From the NCBI RefSeq assembly GCF_988243305.1, contig NZ_OZ547136.1: 64,000 nucleotides of DNA, one strand, 5' to 3'. Made by a program: the position numbers and the translations under genes. The notes beneath the pieces are model-generated. The model searched no databases. It was not told the origin of the DNA and saw only the letters and a list, made by a program, of their open reading frames with translations. Positions within the stretch are counted from its first letter, which is position 1. Each line of letters begins with the position of its first letter. Positions 1-10,175 of this stretch are shown in pieces.

Positions 1-1010
1 TCTATCCCCTGATAATGGCGTTGCAGAGTAATCACGCCGCCCGCATGCGACGGGTTAAGTTGTGGTGCCATCGGGATTGACTGGTACTGGGTCGTTTCTC
101 GCTCCCCGGCATACATCATCACACTCATATCATCTTGTGCGCTCAGGCTACGTTCATAGCGCAACCCAGCCTGAGTTTGCTTGATGGTTTTTCGCGTGTC
201 GTACTGTTCAGCGCGTGGCGCTTGTTGCGGATTCGCCTTCCATTCTGCTTCGGTTAGCCCACCTGGGTCATCTGCTTTGATATCCACACTATTGAAAATC
301 AGGCTTAATTTGCTGGCGTCATCAATGCGTACGCCCAGTTTGGCATTGGCTAAATTTTTCTGTGCGCCACTATGATCACGATAGCCGTGGGTCGTAAAGC
401 GCGTGGTTGAGACGGTGTAATCGACATCGCCAGGCTGAGTGCCGTCGCCCATTGCGCCTGTTGCTTTCAGCCCATAGCGCCAGCTGCCAAAACTGCCGTA
501 GTAACTACTGGCTTCAATGGTTGGTGGCTGTTGTCCGGTCTGGGTGATGACATTCATTACACCGCCAGACGCGTTGCCATACAGAGCAGAGAAGGGGCCG
601 CGCAGCACTTCCACATTTTGTACACTGCTTAAATCGATGTTGGATGTTTGCCCTTGTCCGTCGGGCATGGTGGCGGGAATACCGTCCACATACAGGCGAA
701 TACCGCGAATTCCGTAAGTGGAGCGGGAGCCAAATCCGCGAATCGACAGCTGTAAATCTTGCGCATAGTTCTGCCGGTTTTGTACCTGCAAACCAGGCAC
801 GCTGGTCAGTGATTCGGACAAGTTAATGCGCGGTGTTGCCAGGCGCATCTCCTCGCCATCCACCACGCTCACGGCTGCTGGGGTATCCAGTTCTGAAACC
901 ACCTGCGGTGCGGCACTGACAATCATGGCCTGTTCATCAGCGGCAAAAACAACGGGGGAAAGGACAAGCAGTGCGGGCAAAACGGTCTGTCGGACGGAAA
1001 AAATCTTCAT
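1..1010 (-). CDS. yncD: TonB-dependent outer membrane receptor, 5' part (N-terminal ~336 aa; gene continues beyond window start)
   Basis: Reverse-strand translation from ATG (complement at 1008-1010) gives MKIFSVRQTVLPALLVLSPVVFA signal peptide and plug-domain-like sequence; divergent from yncE as in K-12. Not in ORF track because it runs off the window edge. Confidence 0.75.
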   Translation of the reverse strand, partial: MKIFSVRQTVLPALLVLSPVVFAADEQAMIVSAAPQVVSELDTPAAVSVVDGEEMRLATPRINLSESLTSVPGLQVQNRQNYAQDLQLSIRGFGSRSTYGIRGIRLYVDGIPATMPDGQGQTSNIDLSSVQNVEVLRGPFSALYGNASGGVMNVITQTGQQPPTIEASSYYGSFGSWRYGLKATGAMGDGTQPGDVDYTVSTTRFTTHGYRDHSGAQKNLANAKLGVRIDDASKLSLIFNSVDIKADDPGGLTEAEWKANPQQAPRAEQYDTRKTIKQTQAGLRYERSLSAQDDMSVMMYAGERETTQYQSIPMAPQLNPSHAGGVITLQRHYQGI

Positions 1011-1251
1011 GAAAAAAGCCAGGTTAAGAATGGGAAAACGCCGCCATGGTAATAAAATTGTAAATATATGGAAAACGAAACGGCACGATACGTTAAGTAA
1101 TTGAGAAAATTGTAGTCGTAACGGCAAGAAATGCTCCACATTTGAGAAAATAATGATTACCATTCCCATTTATAACAAGAGCGTAACGATGATTACGCTT
1201 AGCGAAGCATTGTGAAGCAGCAAAAATATCGGTTCATCAAAGGGAGTCGTC

Positions 1252-2313
1252 ATGCATTTACGTCATCTGTTTTCATCGCGCCTGCGTGGTTCATTACTGT
1301 TAGGTTCATTGCTTGTTGCTTCATCATTCAGTACGCAGGCTGCAGAAGAAATGCTGCGTAAAGCGGTAGGTAAAGGTGCCTACGAAATGGCTTATAGCCA
1401 GCAGGAGAACGCGCTGTGGCTCGCCACTTCGCAAAGCCGCAAACTGGATAAAGGCGGCGTGGTTTATCGTCTTGATCCGGTTACTCTGGAAGTGACGCAG
1501 GCGATCCATAACGATCTCAAGCCGTTTGGTGCCACCATCAATAACACGACTCAGACGTTGTGGTTTGGTAACACTGTAAACAGCGCGGTCACGGCGATAG
1601 ATGCCAAAACGGGCGAAGTGAAAGGCCGTCTGGTGCTGGATGATCGTAAGCGCACGGAAGAGGTGCGCCCGCTGCAACCGCGTGAGCTGGTAGCTGATGA
1701 TGCCACGAACACCGTTTACATCAGTGGTATTGGTAAAGAGAGCGTGATTTGGGTCGTTGATGGCGAGAATATCAAACTGAAAACCGCCATCCAGAACACC
1801 GGTAAAATGAGTACCGGTCTGGCGCTGGATAGCAAAGGCAAACGTCTTTACACCACTAACGCTGACGGCGAATTGATTACCATCGACACCGCCGACAATA
1901 AAATCCTCAGCCGTAAAAAGCTGCTGGATGACGGCAAAGAGCACTTCTTTATCAACATTAGCCTTGATACCGCCAGGCAGCGTGCATTTATCACCGATTC
2001 TAAAGCCGCAGAAGTGTTAGTGGTCGATACCCGTAATGGCAATATTCTGTCGAAGGTTGCGGCACCGGAATCACTGGCTGTGCTGTTTAACCCGGCGCGT
2101 AATGAAGCCTACGTAACGCATCGTCAGGCAGGTAAAGTCAGTGTGATTGACGCGAAAAGCTATAAAGTGGTGAAAACGTTCGATACGCCGACTCATCCGA
2201 ACAGCCTGGCGCTGTCTGCCGATGGCAAAACGCTGTATGTCAGTGTGAAACAAAAATCCACTAAACAGCAGGAAGCTACCCAGCCGGACGATGTGATTCG
2301 TATTGCGCTGTAA
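1252..2313 (+). CDS. yncE: PQQ-like beta-propeller periplasmic protein YncE
   Basis: 353 aa ORF with ATG start and N-terminal signal peptide; recognised as YncE by sequence and by position between yncD and ansP. Confidence 0.9.
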   Translation: MHLRHLFSSRLRGSLLLGSLLVASSFSTQAAEEMLRKAVGKGAYEMAYSQQENALWLATSQSRKLDKGGVVYRLDPVTLEVTQAIHNDLKPFGATINNTTQTLWFGNTVNSAVTAIDAKTGEVKGRLVLDDRKRTEEVRPLQPRELVADDATNTVYISGIGKESVIWVVDGENIKLKTAIQNTGKMSTGLALDSKGKRLYTTNADGELITIDTADNKILSRKKLLDDGKEHFFINISLDTARQRAFITDSKAAEVLVVDTRNGNILSKVAAPESLAVLFNPARNEAYVTHRQAGKVSVIDAKSYKVVKTFDTPTHPNSLALSADGKTLYVSVKQKSTKQQEATQPDDVIRIAL

Positions 2314-2394
2314 TAGATATGGCGAGGGTGAAAACGGAGAGACTTGCCTGACTTTTATCACGCCGTATCCGGCACCTTCGTCAGTAATTTGAAT

Positions 2395-2421
2395 TTGCCC
2401 GGCACGTAGCCGGGCAATTTT
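2395..2421. terminator. GC-rich hairpin (gcccggc-acgta-gccgggc) with flanking T/A runs; probable bidirectional terminator between convergent yncE and ansP
   Basis: Inverted repeat read directly; followed by aatttt on + and preceded by A/T-rich run. Confidence 0.5.
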
Positions 2422-2425
2422 GCAA

Positions 2426-3925
2426 TTAACTCGCCGTTTCAGGCTTAAACACAATTTCCTGTTGTTCTTCATCTTCCTCGACGACTGGCGCAGTGCTGTG
2501 AATTTCAGCAACGCGTTTGCGCACACCAAACCAGCCTATAACCAGCAGAATACCGATAATCGGCAGCGCCGCGATGGTATAAGTCCCGTTCGGGTAATCG
2601 AACGCCATCAGCACCAGGACGCTCAGCAAAAACAGTAATGTCAGCCAGGAAGTGAAGGGCGCGCCAGGCAGTTTAAAACTGACATCCGCGGCTTTGCCTT
2701 CTTTAATCGCTTTACGCAGGCGCATCTGGCACACGATGATAAACGCCCATGAAGCGATGATTCCCAGCGACGCGAAGTTCAACACAATCTCAAATACGCG
2801 CGACGGCACCAGATAGTTGAGGAATACGCCGACGACATACACAACCAGTGTCGCCAGAATCCCGGCATACGGCACATGCTGACGACTCATTTTCGCCATA
2901 AAACTCGGTGCGGAACCGCCCATCGCCATTGAGCGCAGAATACGTCCGGTGCAGTACAGACCTGAATTCAGGCTGGAGAGGGCAGCGGTCAGCACCACAA
3001 TGTTCATAATGCTGCCGATATATGGCACACCCAGTTTAGAGAAAAACGTCACGAACGGACTTTGCCCCGCCTGATACGCGCTCCACGGCAATAACATAAC
3101 CAGCAACACCACGGAGCCGACGTAAAACAGGCCAATACGCCAAATCACACTGTTAATCGCTTTAGGCACCATGGTCTGCGGATCTTTACATTCTCCGGCA
3201 GCTGTACCCACCATTTCAATGGAGGCAAAAGCAAACACTACGCCCTGAATCAACACCAGCGCAGGCAGCAAACCGTGGGGGAAGAAGCCGCCATTATCGG
3301 TGATTAAATGAAAGCCAGTGGTGTTGCCATCCAGCGGCTGACCACTACCGAGGAACACTGTACCCACGACCAAAAAGGTCACAATGGCGAGCACTTTAAT
3401 AAGCGCAAACCAGAACTCCATCTCCGCAAACCATTTCACACCGATCATATTCATGGTGCCAACGATGGTAAGTGCAGCGAGCGCAAAGACCCACTGCGGT
3501 ACACCACCAAATGCGCCCCAGTAATGCATATACAGTGCAACGGCGGTAATATCGACAATCCCCGTCATCGCCCAGTTGATGAAGTACATCCAGCCTGCAA
3601 CGTAAGCGGCTTTCTCTCCTAAAAACTCACGGGCATAAGAGACAAAACTGCCACTGGAAGGGCGGTGTAACACCAGCTCACCCAATGCACGCAGAATAAA
3701 AAACGAAAACAAGCCACAAATTAAATAGACCAGTGCCAGTGCTGGACCCGCCATTTGCAGTCGGGCTCCCGCGCCTAAAAACAAACCCGTACCAATCGCG
3801 CCGCCAATGGCGATCATCTGTACCTGGCGATTGCCCATCGCTTTGTGATACCCCTCTTCGTGGGCATTAAGCCAGCGGCGTTTCGCGGCGTGTTGATCTG
3901 AAGTGTCGGTGTCGTGTTTACTCAT
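2426..3925 (-). CDS. ansP: L-asparagine permease (APC family)
   Basis: ORF track gives 516 aa; the recognised AnsP sequence begins at internal MSKHDTDTSD (499 aa), so start placed at 3925. Multi-TM amino acid permease. Confidence 0.9.
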   Translation of the reverse strand: MSKHDTDTSDQHAAKRRWLNAHEEGYHKAMGNRQVQMIAIGGAIGTGLFLGAGARLQMAGPALALVYLICGLFSFFILRALGELVLHRPSSGSFVSYAREFLGEKAAYVAGWMYFINWAMTGIVDITAVALYMHYWGAFGGVPQWVFALAALTIVGTMNMIGVKWFAEMEFWFALIKVLAIVTFLVVGTVFLGSGQPLDGNTTGFHLITDNGGFFPHGLLPALVLIQGVVFAFASIEMVGTAAGECKDPQTMVPKAINSVIWRIGLFYVGSVVLLVMLLPWSAYQAGQSPFVTFFSKLGVPYIGSIMNIVVLTAALSSLNSGLYCTGRILRSMAMGGSAPSFMAKMSRQHVPYAGILATLVVYVVGVFLNYLVPSRVFEIVLNFASLGIIASWAFIIVCQMRLRKAIKEGKAADVSFKLPGAPFTSWLTLLFLLSVLVLMAFDYPNGTYTIAALPIIGILLVIGWFGVRKRVAEIHSTAPVVEEDEEQQEIVFKPETAS

Positions 3926-4191
3926 TGCTCTCCCTGATTGCTTTAATGAAAAAGTCATATAAGTTGCCATGAACAATGTTTATTCATCCTGGCGATGATA
4001 GTTATCACCATTATTCTTTATGGGTATAAAACTATCGGCGCAGCATCCTACCCGTTATCGATAAACGATGCAAAACATCCCCTTACAATCCTGAAGGGGA
4101 ATAATACAACTGACGAAAAAATGACAAATCCTTTTGCTGGTTAACCTGTGTACTGTCCTACACTTAATCTTTAAAAGATTGTGAGGGGCAT

Positions 4192-4809
4192 ATGATTAAG
4201 GTGTATGGCGTACCCGGATGGGGCTCTACAATCAGTGAGCTGATGCTAACACTGGCTGATATTCCTTATCAGTTCGTTGATGTCAGTGGTTTTGACCACG
4301 AGGGAACCTCACGCGAGTTATTGAAAACCCTGAACCCGTTGTGTCAGATTCCGACACTGGCGCTGGAAAATGACGAGATTATGACGGAGACAGCGGCGAT
4401 TGCATTGATGGTTCTCGATCGTCGCCCGGACCTTGCGCCACCGGTTGGGCGCGCCGAACGTCAGCAGTTTCAACGGCTATTGGTCTGGCTGGTTGCTAAT
4501 GTCTATCCAACATTCACTTTCGCCGATTACCCTGAGCGTTGGGCTCCTGACGCACCCGAACAGTTAAAGAATAATGTTATTGAATATCGTAAATCGCTTT
4601 ATATCTGGCTGAATTCACAATTGACCGCTGAACCTTATGCCTTTGGCGAGCAACTAACGCTGGTGGACTGTTATCTCTGCACCATGCGCACATGGGGGCC
4701 GGGGCATGAATGGTTTCACGATAATGCGCAGAATATCAGTGCGATTGCTGAAGCTGTATGTCAGTTACCGAAATTACAAGAAGTATTAAAAAGGAATGTC
4801 ATTATTTAA
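4192..4809 (+). CDS. yncG: Glutathione S-transferase-like protein
   Basis: 205 aa, ATG start; GST-like N-terminal thioredoxin-fold pattern; position after ansP as in K-12. Confidence 0.8.
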   Translation: MIKVYGVPGWGSTISELMLTLADIPYQFVDVSGFDHEGTSRELLKTLNPLCQIPTLALENDEIMTETAAIALMVLDRRPDLAPPVGRAERQQFQRLLVWLVANVYPTFTFADYPERWAPDAPEQLKNNVIEYRKSLYIWLNSQLTAEPYAFGEQLTLVDCYLCTMRTWGPGHEWFHDNAQNISAIAEAVCQLPKLQEVLKRNVII

Positions 4810-5029
4810 CAATAATGCCGGAGGTTAATGTTAATGAATCACTGGCGTAATTAACTGGATATCCATTTGTTTGCTATGAATAGTAATTAAAGTTGGTACA
4901 ACTATTTATATGATTGATGTAATTTCGTTTTTTATATGAAATATCAATTTAATATAATCCGAAAATAAAACATCTTTTCGCATGTAGAGAAACATGTCGA
5001 TATGATAGTGCAGTGCAGATCATGTCATC

Positions 5030-5210
5030 AGGGTAGGGCGGTAGCGTATTTAATCAGGGAAAGATTACGCAACGCTGCTTTTTTGTATTGAACGATTCGC
5101 ATTTTATGTTTAAAAATTGCGATATTCCTTATTTCCTGAAGCTGTTTTTATTGCTTATACATGATCAAATACTCCTTACATAATTAAGGAGAACAAAATG
5201 GAACTTAATA
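5030..5210 (+). mobile_element. Remnant of H-repeat (ISAs1-family) element left end, ~150-180 bp, truncated right after the transposase start codon
   Basis: Near-identical to the 5' leader of the H-repeat copies at 10255-10440 and 14945-15095 (cagggaaagat...ttatgtttaaaaattg...gatcaaatactccttacataattaaggagaaca-ATG-GAACTTAA), then diverges. Confidence 0.6.
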
Positions 5211-5348
5211 CACGCCAACAATTTGTATTACTTAAATAGACCAGTGAAGGTACGCATCAGAACATCCGGTGAAGTGATTAATATTTCGTTGAATATTTCT
5301 CCCGATTTTTGAAACCTGCTGCTGTAGAAATTCTGAACAGGAGGAATT

Positions 5349-5633
5349 ATGCCTTTAGCAGCCAAACTCACCGACAAAGGCACCCAGCACGACGGTTATT
5401 ACGAGACCGTCATCACCGCCGGGTCATCCACCGTCTTTATCGATGGTCTTCCCGCAGCCCGTCAGGGAGATCCGCTGACGCCGCATGCTAAACCGAAGCA
5501 TCCCCCTCATCCCCGTAAAATCGCCAGAGGTTCTTCAACCGTCTTTATTGACGGCCTGCCCGCCGCCAGAAGCGGTGATGCTGTTGACTGCGGCGGCGTG
5601 GTTATTGGTGGCGGTACGGTAAATATAGGCTGA
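5349..5633 (+). CDS. PAAR-domain protein (T6SS spike tip)
   Basis: 94 aa; AGGAGG RBS 6-11 nt upstream; repeated GSSTVFIDGLPAAR(Q/S)GD motifs typical of PAAR; immediately upstream of vgrG. Confidence 0.75.
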   Translation: MPLAAKLTDKGTQHDGYYETVITAGSSTVFIDGLPAARQGDPLTPHAKPKHPPHPRKIARGSSTVFIDGLPAARSGDAVDCGGVVIGGGTVNIG

Positions 5634-5651
5634 TATGTCTGAGAGGTATTT

Positions 5652-7616
5652 ATGTCCTTAAAAGGTCTTCGCTTTACGCTGGAGGTTGACGGCCAGGAGC
5701 CGGACACCTTTGCAGTGGTGAATTTCAGGTTAATCCAGAACCAGTCATATCCGTTTGTGATGAGTGTGGATGTTGCCAGCGACTCTTTTATGCAGACGGC
5801 GGAGATGCTGCTGGAGAAGAAGGCGACACTGACCATCTGGCAGGGCGCAGTGGCGCAGCGTTATGTCACCGGCGTGGTGGCGGGTTTTGGCATGCAGGAG
5901 AATAACGGCTGGCAGATGCGTTATCACCTGCGTATTGAGCCGCCGTTATGGCGGTGCGGGCTGCGGCAGAACTTTCGTATCTTCCAGCAGCAGGATATCC
6001 GGACGATATCGGCCACGTTACTGAACGAGAACGGCGTCACGGAGTGGACGCCGCTGTTTTATGAGGACCATCCGGCGCGGGAGTTCTGTGTCCAGTACGG
6101 AGAGAGCGACCTGGCGTTTCTGTCCCGGCTGTGGGCGGAGGAGGGAATTTTCTTCTTTGAGCGGTTTGCGGCGGACAGTCCGGAGCAGAAGCTGACGCTG
6201 TGCGACGATGTGGCGGGGCTGTCACAGGCGGGGGAGTTTCCGTTTAACCCGGACACATCGGCAGGAGCGGAGACGGAGTGTGTCAGTATGTTCCGTTATG
6301 AGGCGCATGTCCGCCCGTCATCGGTGCAGAGCCAGGATTACACGTTTAAGGTGCCGGACTGGCCGGGGATGTATGAGCAGCAGGGTGAGAACCTGAACGG
6401 ACAGCTGGCGCAGTATGAGATATTTGATTATCCGGGAAGGTACAAGGATGAACAGCACGGCAAGGATTTCACGCTGTACCGGATGGAGAGCCTGCGCAGT
6501 GATGCGGAAAAGGCCACAGGGCAGAGTAATTCACCGAAGCTGTGGCCGGGAACGCGGTTTACGCTGACGGGGCATCCGCAGAAGATGCTGAACCGTGAAT
6601 GGCAGGTGGTACAGAGCATACTGTCAGGAAGCCAGCCGCAGGCGCTGCACGGCAGCCAGGGGAGAGGAACCACGCTGGGCAATCAGTTAGAGGTGATACC
6701 GGCGGACCGGACGTGGCGTCCACGGCTGCAAAGCAAACCGAAGGTGGACGGGCCACAGAGCGCCATTGTCACCGGTCCTGCGGGAGAGGAAATCTTCTGC
6801 GACGAACACGGACGTGTGCGAGTGCAGTTTCACTGGGACAGGTATAACCCGGCAACGGAGGCGAGTTCGTGCTGGGTGAGGGTGTCACAGGCGTGGGCGG
6901 GGCCGGGGTTCGGTAACCTGGCGATACCGCGGGTGGGCCAGGAGGTGATTGTTGATTTCCTGAACGGCGACCCGGACCAGCCGATAATCATGGGACGGAC
7001 ATACCATGAGGACAACCGTTCACCGGGGAGTCTGCCGGGGACGAAGACGCAGATGACGATACGGTCGAAGACCTATAAAGGTAGCGGATTTAACGAGCTG
7101 CGGTTTGAAGACGCCACCAGTAATGAGCAGGTGTATATCCATGCGCAGAAGAACATGGATACGGAGGTGCTCAACGACCGGACAACGGATGTGAAACATG
7201 ACCATACGGAAACCATCGGTAACAACCAGAAGATAACGGTGGTGAAGGGCCAGACGGTGAATGTGGGGAGCAAAAAGGAAGGTGGTCATGACCAGAAAGT
7301 GACAGTGGCGAATGACCAGACCATTACGGTACAAAACGATCAGCGGCTGGATGTTACCCACGATCGTCACAAGGATGTAGGGAACGATCAAATCAGTAAG
7401 ATAATAGGAAAAGATACCGAAGAAGTCGTGAAATCCCAGGATATTAAAGTTGGAGAAGATTACAGCCTGACAGTTACCAACAGCCTCACCATTAAAGTCG
7501 GTGAATGCTTACTGAAAATGAATAAGGACGGTACTATCATTCTCAATGGTAAAAGTATCCAGATTGAAGGAAAAGATAAAATCAATATTTTCGGCGCAGA
7601 TATTGATCTGGATTAA
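5652..7616 (+). CDS. vgrG: T6SS spike protein VgrG with divergent C-terminal tail
   Basis: 654 aa; canonical VgrG N-terminus (GLRFTLEVDG...PPLWRCGLRQNFRIFQ) and gp27/gp5-like body; last ~90 aa and underlying DNA (from ~7380) AT-rich and unlike the canonical VgrG C-terminus preserved at 11572-11916. Confidence 0.9.
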   Translation: MSLKGLRFTLEVDGQEPDTFAVVNFRLIQNQSYPFVMSVDVASDSFMQTAEMLLEKKATLTIWQGAVAQRYVTGVVAGFGMQENNGWQMRYHLRIEPPLWRCGLRQNFRIFQQQDIRTISATLLNENGVTEWTPLFYEDHPAREFCVQYGESDLAFLSRLWAEEGIFFFERFAADSPEQKLTLCDDVAGLSQAGEFPFNPDTSAGAETECVSMFRYEAHVRPSSVQSQDYTFKVPDWPGMYEQQGENLNGQLAQYEIFDYPGRYKDEQHGKDFTLYRMESLRSDAEKATGQSNSPKLWPGTRFTLTGHPQKMLNREWQVVQSILSGSQPQALHGSQGRGTTLGNQLEVIPADRTWRPRLQSKPKVDGPQSAIVTGPAGEEIFCDEHGRVRVQFHWDRYNPATEASSCWVRVSQAWAGPGFGNLAIPRVGQEVIVDFLNGDPDQPIIMGRTYHEDNRSPGSLPGTKTQMTIRSKTYKGSGFNELRFEDATSNEQVYIHAQKNMDTEVLNDRTTDVKHDHTETIGNNQKITVVKGQTVNVGSKKEGGHDQKVTVANDQTITVQNDQRLDVTHDRHKDVGNDQISKIIGKDTEEVVKSQDIKVGEDYSLTVTNSLTIKVGECLLKMNKDGTIILNGKSIQIEGKDKINIFGADIDLD

Positions 7617-7631
7617 TCTGGAGAAATTAAC

Positions 7632-8573
7632 ATGAATATTGAAAATGAAACTGGTTTTCCTCACTTTCAGTTCGAAAAAGTGGGATATTATGGTGAGTTA
7701 TTCACAGTAGTGGTAGTTAATCAGACATTTGATTTTTCATATAGCGGCGGTCTCTGTCTGATTGCGGATGAGCAGCGACTGCCACTGATGACCGACTCCT
7801 GGTACGGCGAACCGGAAAGCAGCAGTCTTAAAACAGCAACCGATTTGGTTTGCAGAAAAGTCAGGGCAGATGTTTTATTAAATGGACACGCATGGCATGC
7901 CACCGGGGAAACCACTCGATGGCAGGCCAGTTTACAGGTGGGTAATCTTCAGCGCCAATTTGATATATGTGGCCCTTGCCAATGGCAATATATATCTAAC
8001 CGCTGGCAACTTAGCGAACCTGAATTAACTGATCGGGTACTGTTACGCCATGAACTGGCGTCAGCCAGTGAATTTAATCCTGTAGGCATTGTTATTCCCT
8101 CCCTGATAACGCTTGGCGATAAATCGCCCTGTCCAGCTCCACAGTTATCTGCCTCACCAGGAGCTATTTGCCGTAGCTGGCCTTCACGATTGCGCTATGC
8201 CAGAGGTTTTACAGAACAGTGGCAAAAGACTGTTCAACCTTTTTATCCAGATGAATTCGATTTTGCATTCATGAATTATTCTCCACCAGAACAACAATAC
8301 GATGGTTATTTAATTGGCAATGAAAAAATTATATTGAACGGCCTGTTACCTTCTAAAATGGAACAAACTTGTTTCCTTCCAGATATTAGACTATTGGCGT
8401 ATTTGTTTTACCGCTCTGATAAAAACGTAGAACTGCGCCCATTGTTGGCTGACACACTGACCATCCACACAGACGATGAGCAACTAACACTACTCTGGCG
8501 CTTAACGCTCCCCGTGGATTCTCTTCCACAACGTATTGTTTTGACGACGGAGCAGAGGGGACCTCATGGCTGA
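7632..8573 (+). CDS. DUF2169-family T6SS adaptor protein
   Basis: 313 aa; N-terminus MNIENETGFPHF...FTVVVVNQTFDF fits the DUF2169 signature; 15 nt after vgrG stop and overlaps the next gene by 8 nt. Confidence 0.75.
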   Translation: MNIENETGFPHFQFEKVGYYGELFTVVVVNQTFDFSYSGGLCLIADEQRLPLMTDSWYGEPESSSLKTATDLVCRKVRADVLLNGHAWHATGETTRWQASLQVGNLQRQFDICGPCQWQYISNRWQLSEPELTDRVLLRHELASASEFNPVGIVIPSLITLGDKSPCPAPQLSASPGAICRSWPSRLRYARGFTEQWQKTVQPFYPDEFDFAFMNYSPPEQQYDGYLIGNEKIILNGLLPSKMEQTCFLPDIRLLAYLFYRSDKNVELRPLLADTLTIHTDDEQLTLLWRLTLPVDSLPQRIVLTTEQRGPHG

Positions 8574-9699
8574 AAATCATATTGGTTGTCGTGAATCGAA
8601 GTACGTTGCGATATGTATTGCGCCTGATGTCTGCAAGGTTGGTGATGCGATAGTGCCGTTTGACAGCTTTCAGAACCTGACACATGAGAAAATTTATATC
8701 AGCAATGTCAGGGCACGGGGCAATCCAATACTGACCGTGGACTGTATTATTGCAGGTACACGAAGTAATGCCGGGAAAGGTGTCAGTTCTGGCACCAGTC
8801 TGGGCAGCGGTGACTGCCGGATACTGACAGGCGTGGATCATATAAAGTGCAAGGGAAAGCCGGTAGCCAGGAATCTTTCGCTGGTTGCCATGAATAATGA
8901 TAATACTGTTGGAAAACTGTATACCCAGACAAACCCGCCAAATCAGATAATACCTGTTAAAGAATCATCGCTTTGGGCCAAGTATCTGGAACTGCAAATA
9001 CAACAGCAAGAGTTTGAGCTTGAGTCCAAAAAGCAAGAAGCAGATGCAATGATAGGATTAGGCAAGGCATTTATTAATGGCTGGTATATGTTGGGTGCAT
9101 TGATTGCCAAAGGTCAGATGCAAAATGACATTGCCCAAATGGAAAGTAATATTGCTCTGGCGAGAGGGTTGGGGATGGATACCCAAATTATGGAGCGGGC
9201 GAATGAGACCAACAGGGAGGTAATGGAAACTATTGATCCTAGAGAGCCATTGTTGAAACCTGCCAATGAAACCCAAGCAATGGCGATGGAGGTTGAGCCA
9301 TGGCTGGAACTTATGACCGGGGTTGGAGCACTGGTGAAAGGTTTGGTCAAGTTTTCAGCGAAGTTTGCAATAAAATCGGTTGGCAGAATGGGGAGGAGCG
9401 GTGCTAAAATTGTGCTGGATGCAAATGGATTGCCTATTCCTGTTCCTCCAAGCGTTGGCGCTGCGGGAAGAGTTCCGAGAGTATTACAAACTGGAGGTAA
9501 TACTCTTGAGGCAAGAACTGCCAGGGAGTTAAATGAATTTTTTGGTAAAAATATTAACAGGAGAGAATGGGGGAAAGCTTTAGAAAAGTTGAAAAAAGAT
9601 TTACGCTTACGAGGTGATCACCATGGTCGAATACTTGATAATGGTGATTATATTGATGACTCAGGAAATATTTTAGGAAACATAGAAGATTATTTATGA
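8566..9699 (+). CDS. DUF4150 (PAAR-like) N-terminal domain fused to unclassified C-terminal toxin domain; predicted T6SS effector
   Basis: 377 aa; N-terminal ~125 aa with PDVCK motif typical of PAAR-like DUF4150; C-terminal ~250 aa not recognisable by eye (ends ...RGDHHGRILDNGDYIDDSGNILGNIEDYL); start overlaps DUF2169 stop (ATGGCTGA). Confidence 0.7.
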   Translation: MAENHIGCRESKYVAICIAPDVCKVGDAIVPFDSFQNLTHEKIYISNVRARGNPILTVDCIIAGTRSNAGKGVSSGTSLGSGDCRILTGVDHIKCKGKPVARNLSLVAMNNDNTVGKLYTQTNPPNQIIPVKESSLWAKYLELQIQQQEFELESKKQEADAMIGLGKAFINGWYMLGALIAKGQMQNDIAQMESNIALARGLGMDTQIMERANETNREVMETIDPREPLLKPANETQAMAMEVEPWLELMTGVGALVKGLVKFSAKFAIKSVGRMGRSGAKIVLDANGLPIPVPPSVGAAGRVPRVLQTGGNTLEARTARELNEFFGKNINRREWGKALEKLKKDLRLRGDHHGRILDNGDYIDDSGNILGNIEDYL

Positions 9700-10175
9700 T
9701 TAAGAATATACAATCAAGGCTTACCCCGATATCTCATGAATATCCAAGTTGTGATGAGTGCTATGCTAGCCTCTTGATTTACACAGGTAATACTCACCCT
9801 AATGAAATAAGTATTCACTTAGAACTTGAGCCAACATCAATTAATATAAAAGGAGATGAAATTATTACTCTATCGGGAAAGAAAAGATATGCAAAAAATT
9901 CATATTGGATGCTCTCGTCAGAAAATCTAGTGAACTCGAAAGATATTCGAGAACATCTGGATTGGCTACTTCACAAACTTGGACCTAAATCATCAAATAT
10001 TGCAAAATTGCAAGCATTAGAAAATATTTCAATGGGTATTGACTGTACCTGGAGATCATTGAATTGGCACGGTGGGCCAACTTTATGGCCTGAGCAGATG
10101 AAAATAATGGCTAATCTTGGATTGGAGTGTTCATTTGATATTTATTTCGTCGGCAATGAAGATGGCAATCTTTAA
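9696..10175 (+). CDS. Candidate cognate immunity protein (cytoplasmic, no signal peptide)
   Basis: 159 aa; start overlaps effector stop (ATGA), suggesting translational coupling; AT-rich; no recognisable family. Confidence 0.5.
   Translation: MIKNIQSRLTPISHEYPSCDECYASLLIYTGNTHPNEISIHLELEPTSINIKGDEIITLSGKKRYAKNSYWMLSSENLVNSKDIREHLDWLLHKLGPKSSNIAKLQALENISMGIDCTWRSLNWHGGPTLWPEQMKIMANLGLECSFDIYFVGNEDGNL

Noticed and set aside
181-1104. Several + strand ORFs of 60-92 aa at the window start
   Set aside because: They lie antisense within the yncD coding region; some begin with TTG; translations are Cys/Arg-rich and non-protein-like.
1324-2529. Reverse-strand ORFs of 206, 64 and 152 aa overlapping yncE and its 3' flank
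   Set aside because: Overlap a conserved + strand gene; no RBS or domain signal; treated as spurious.
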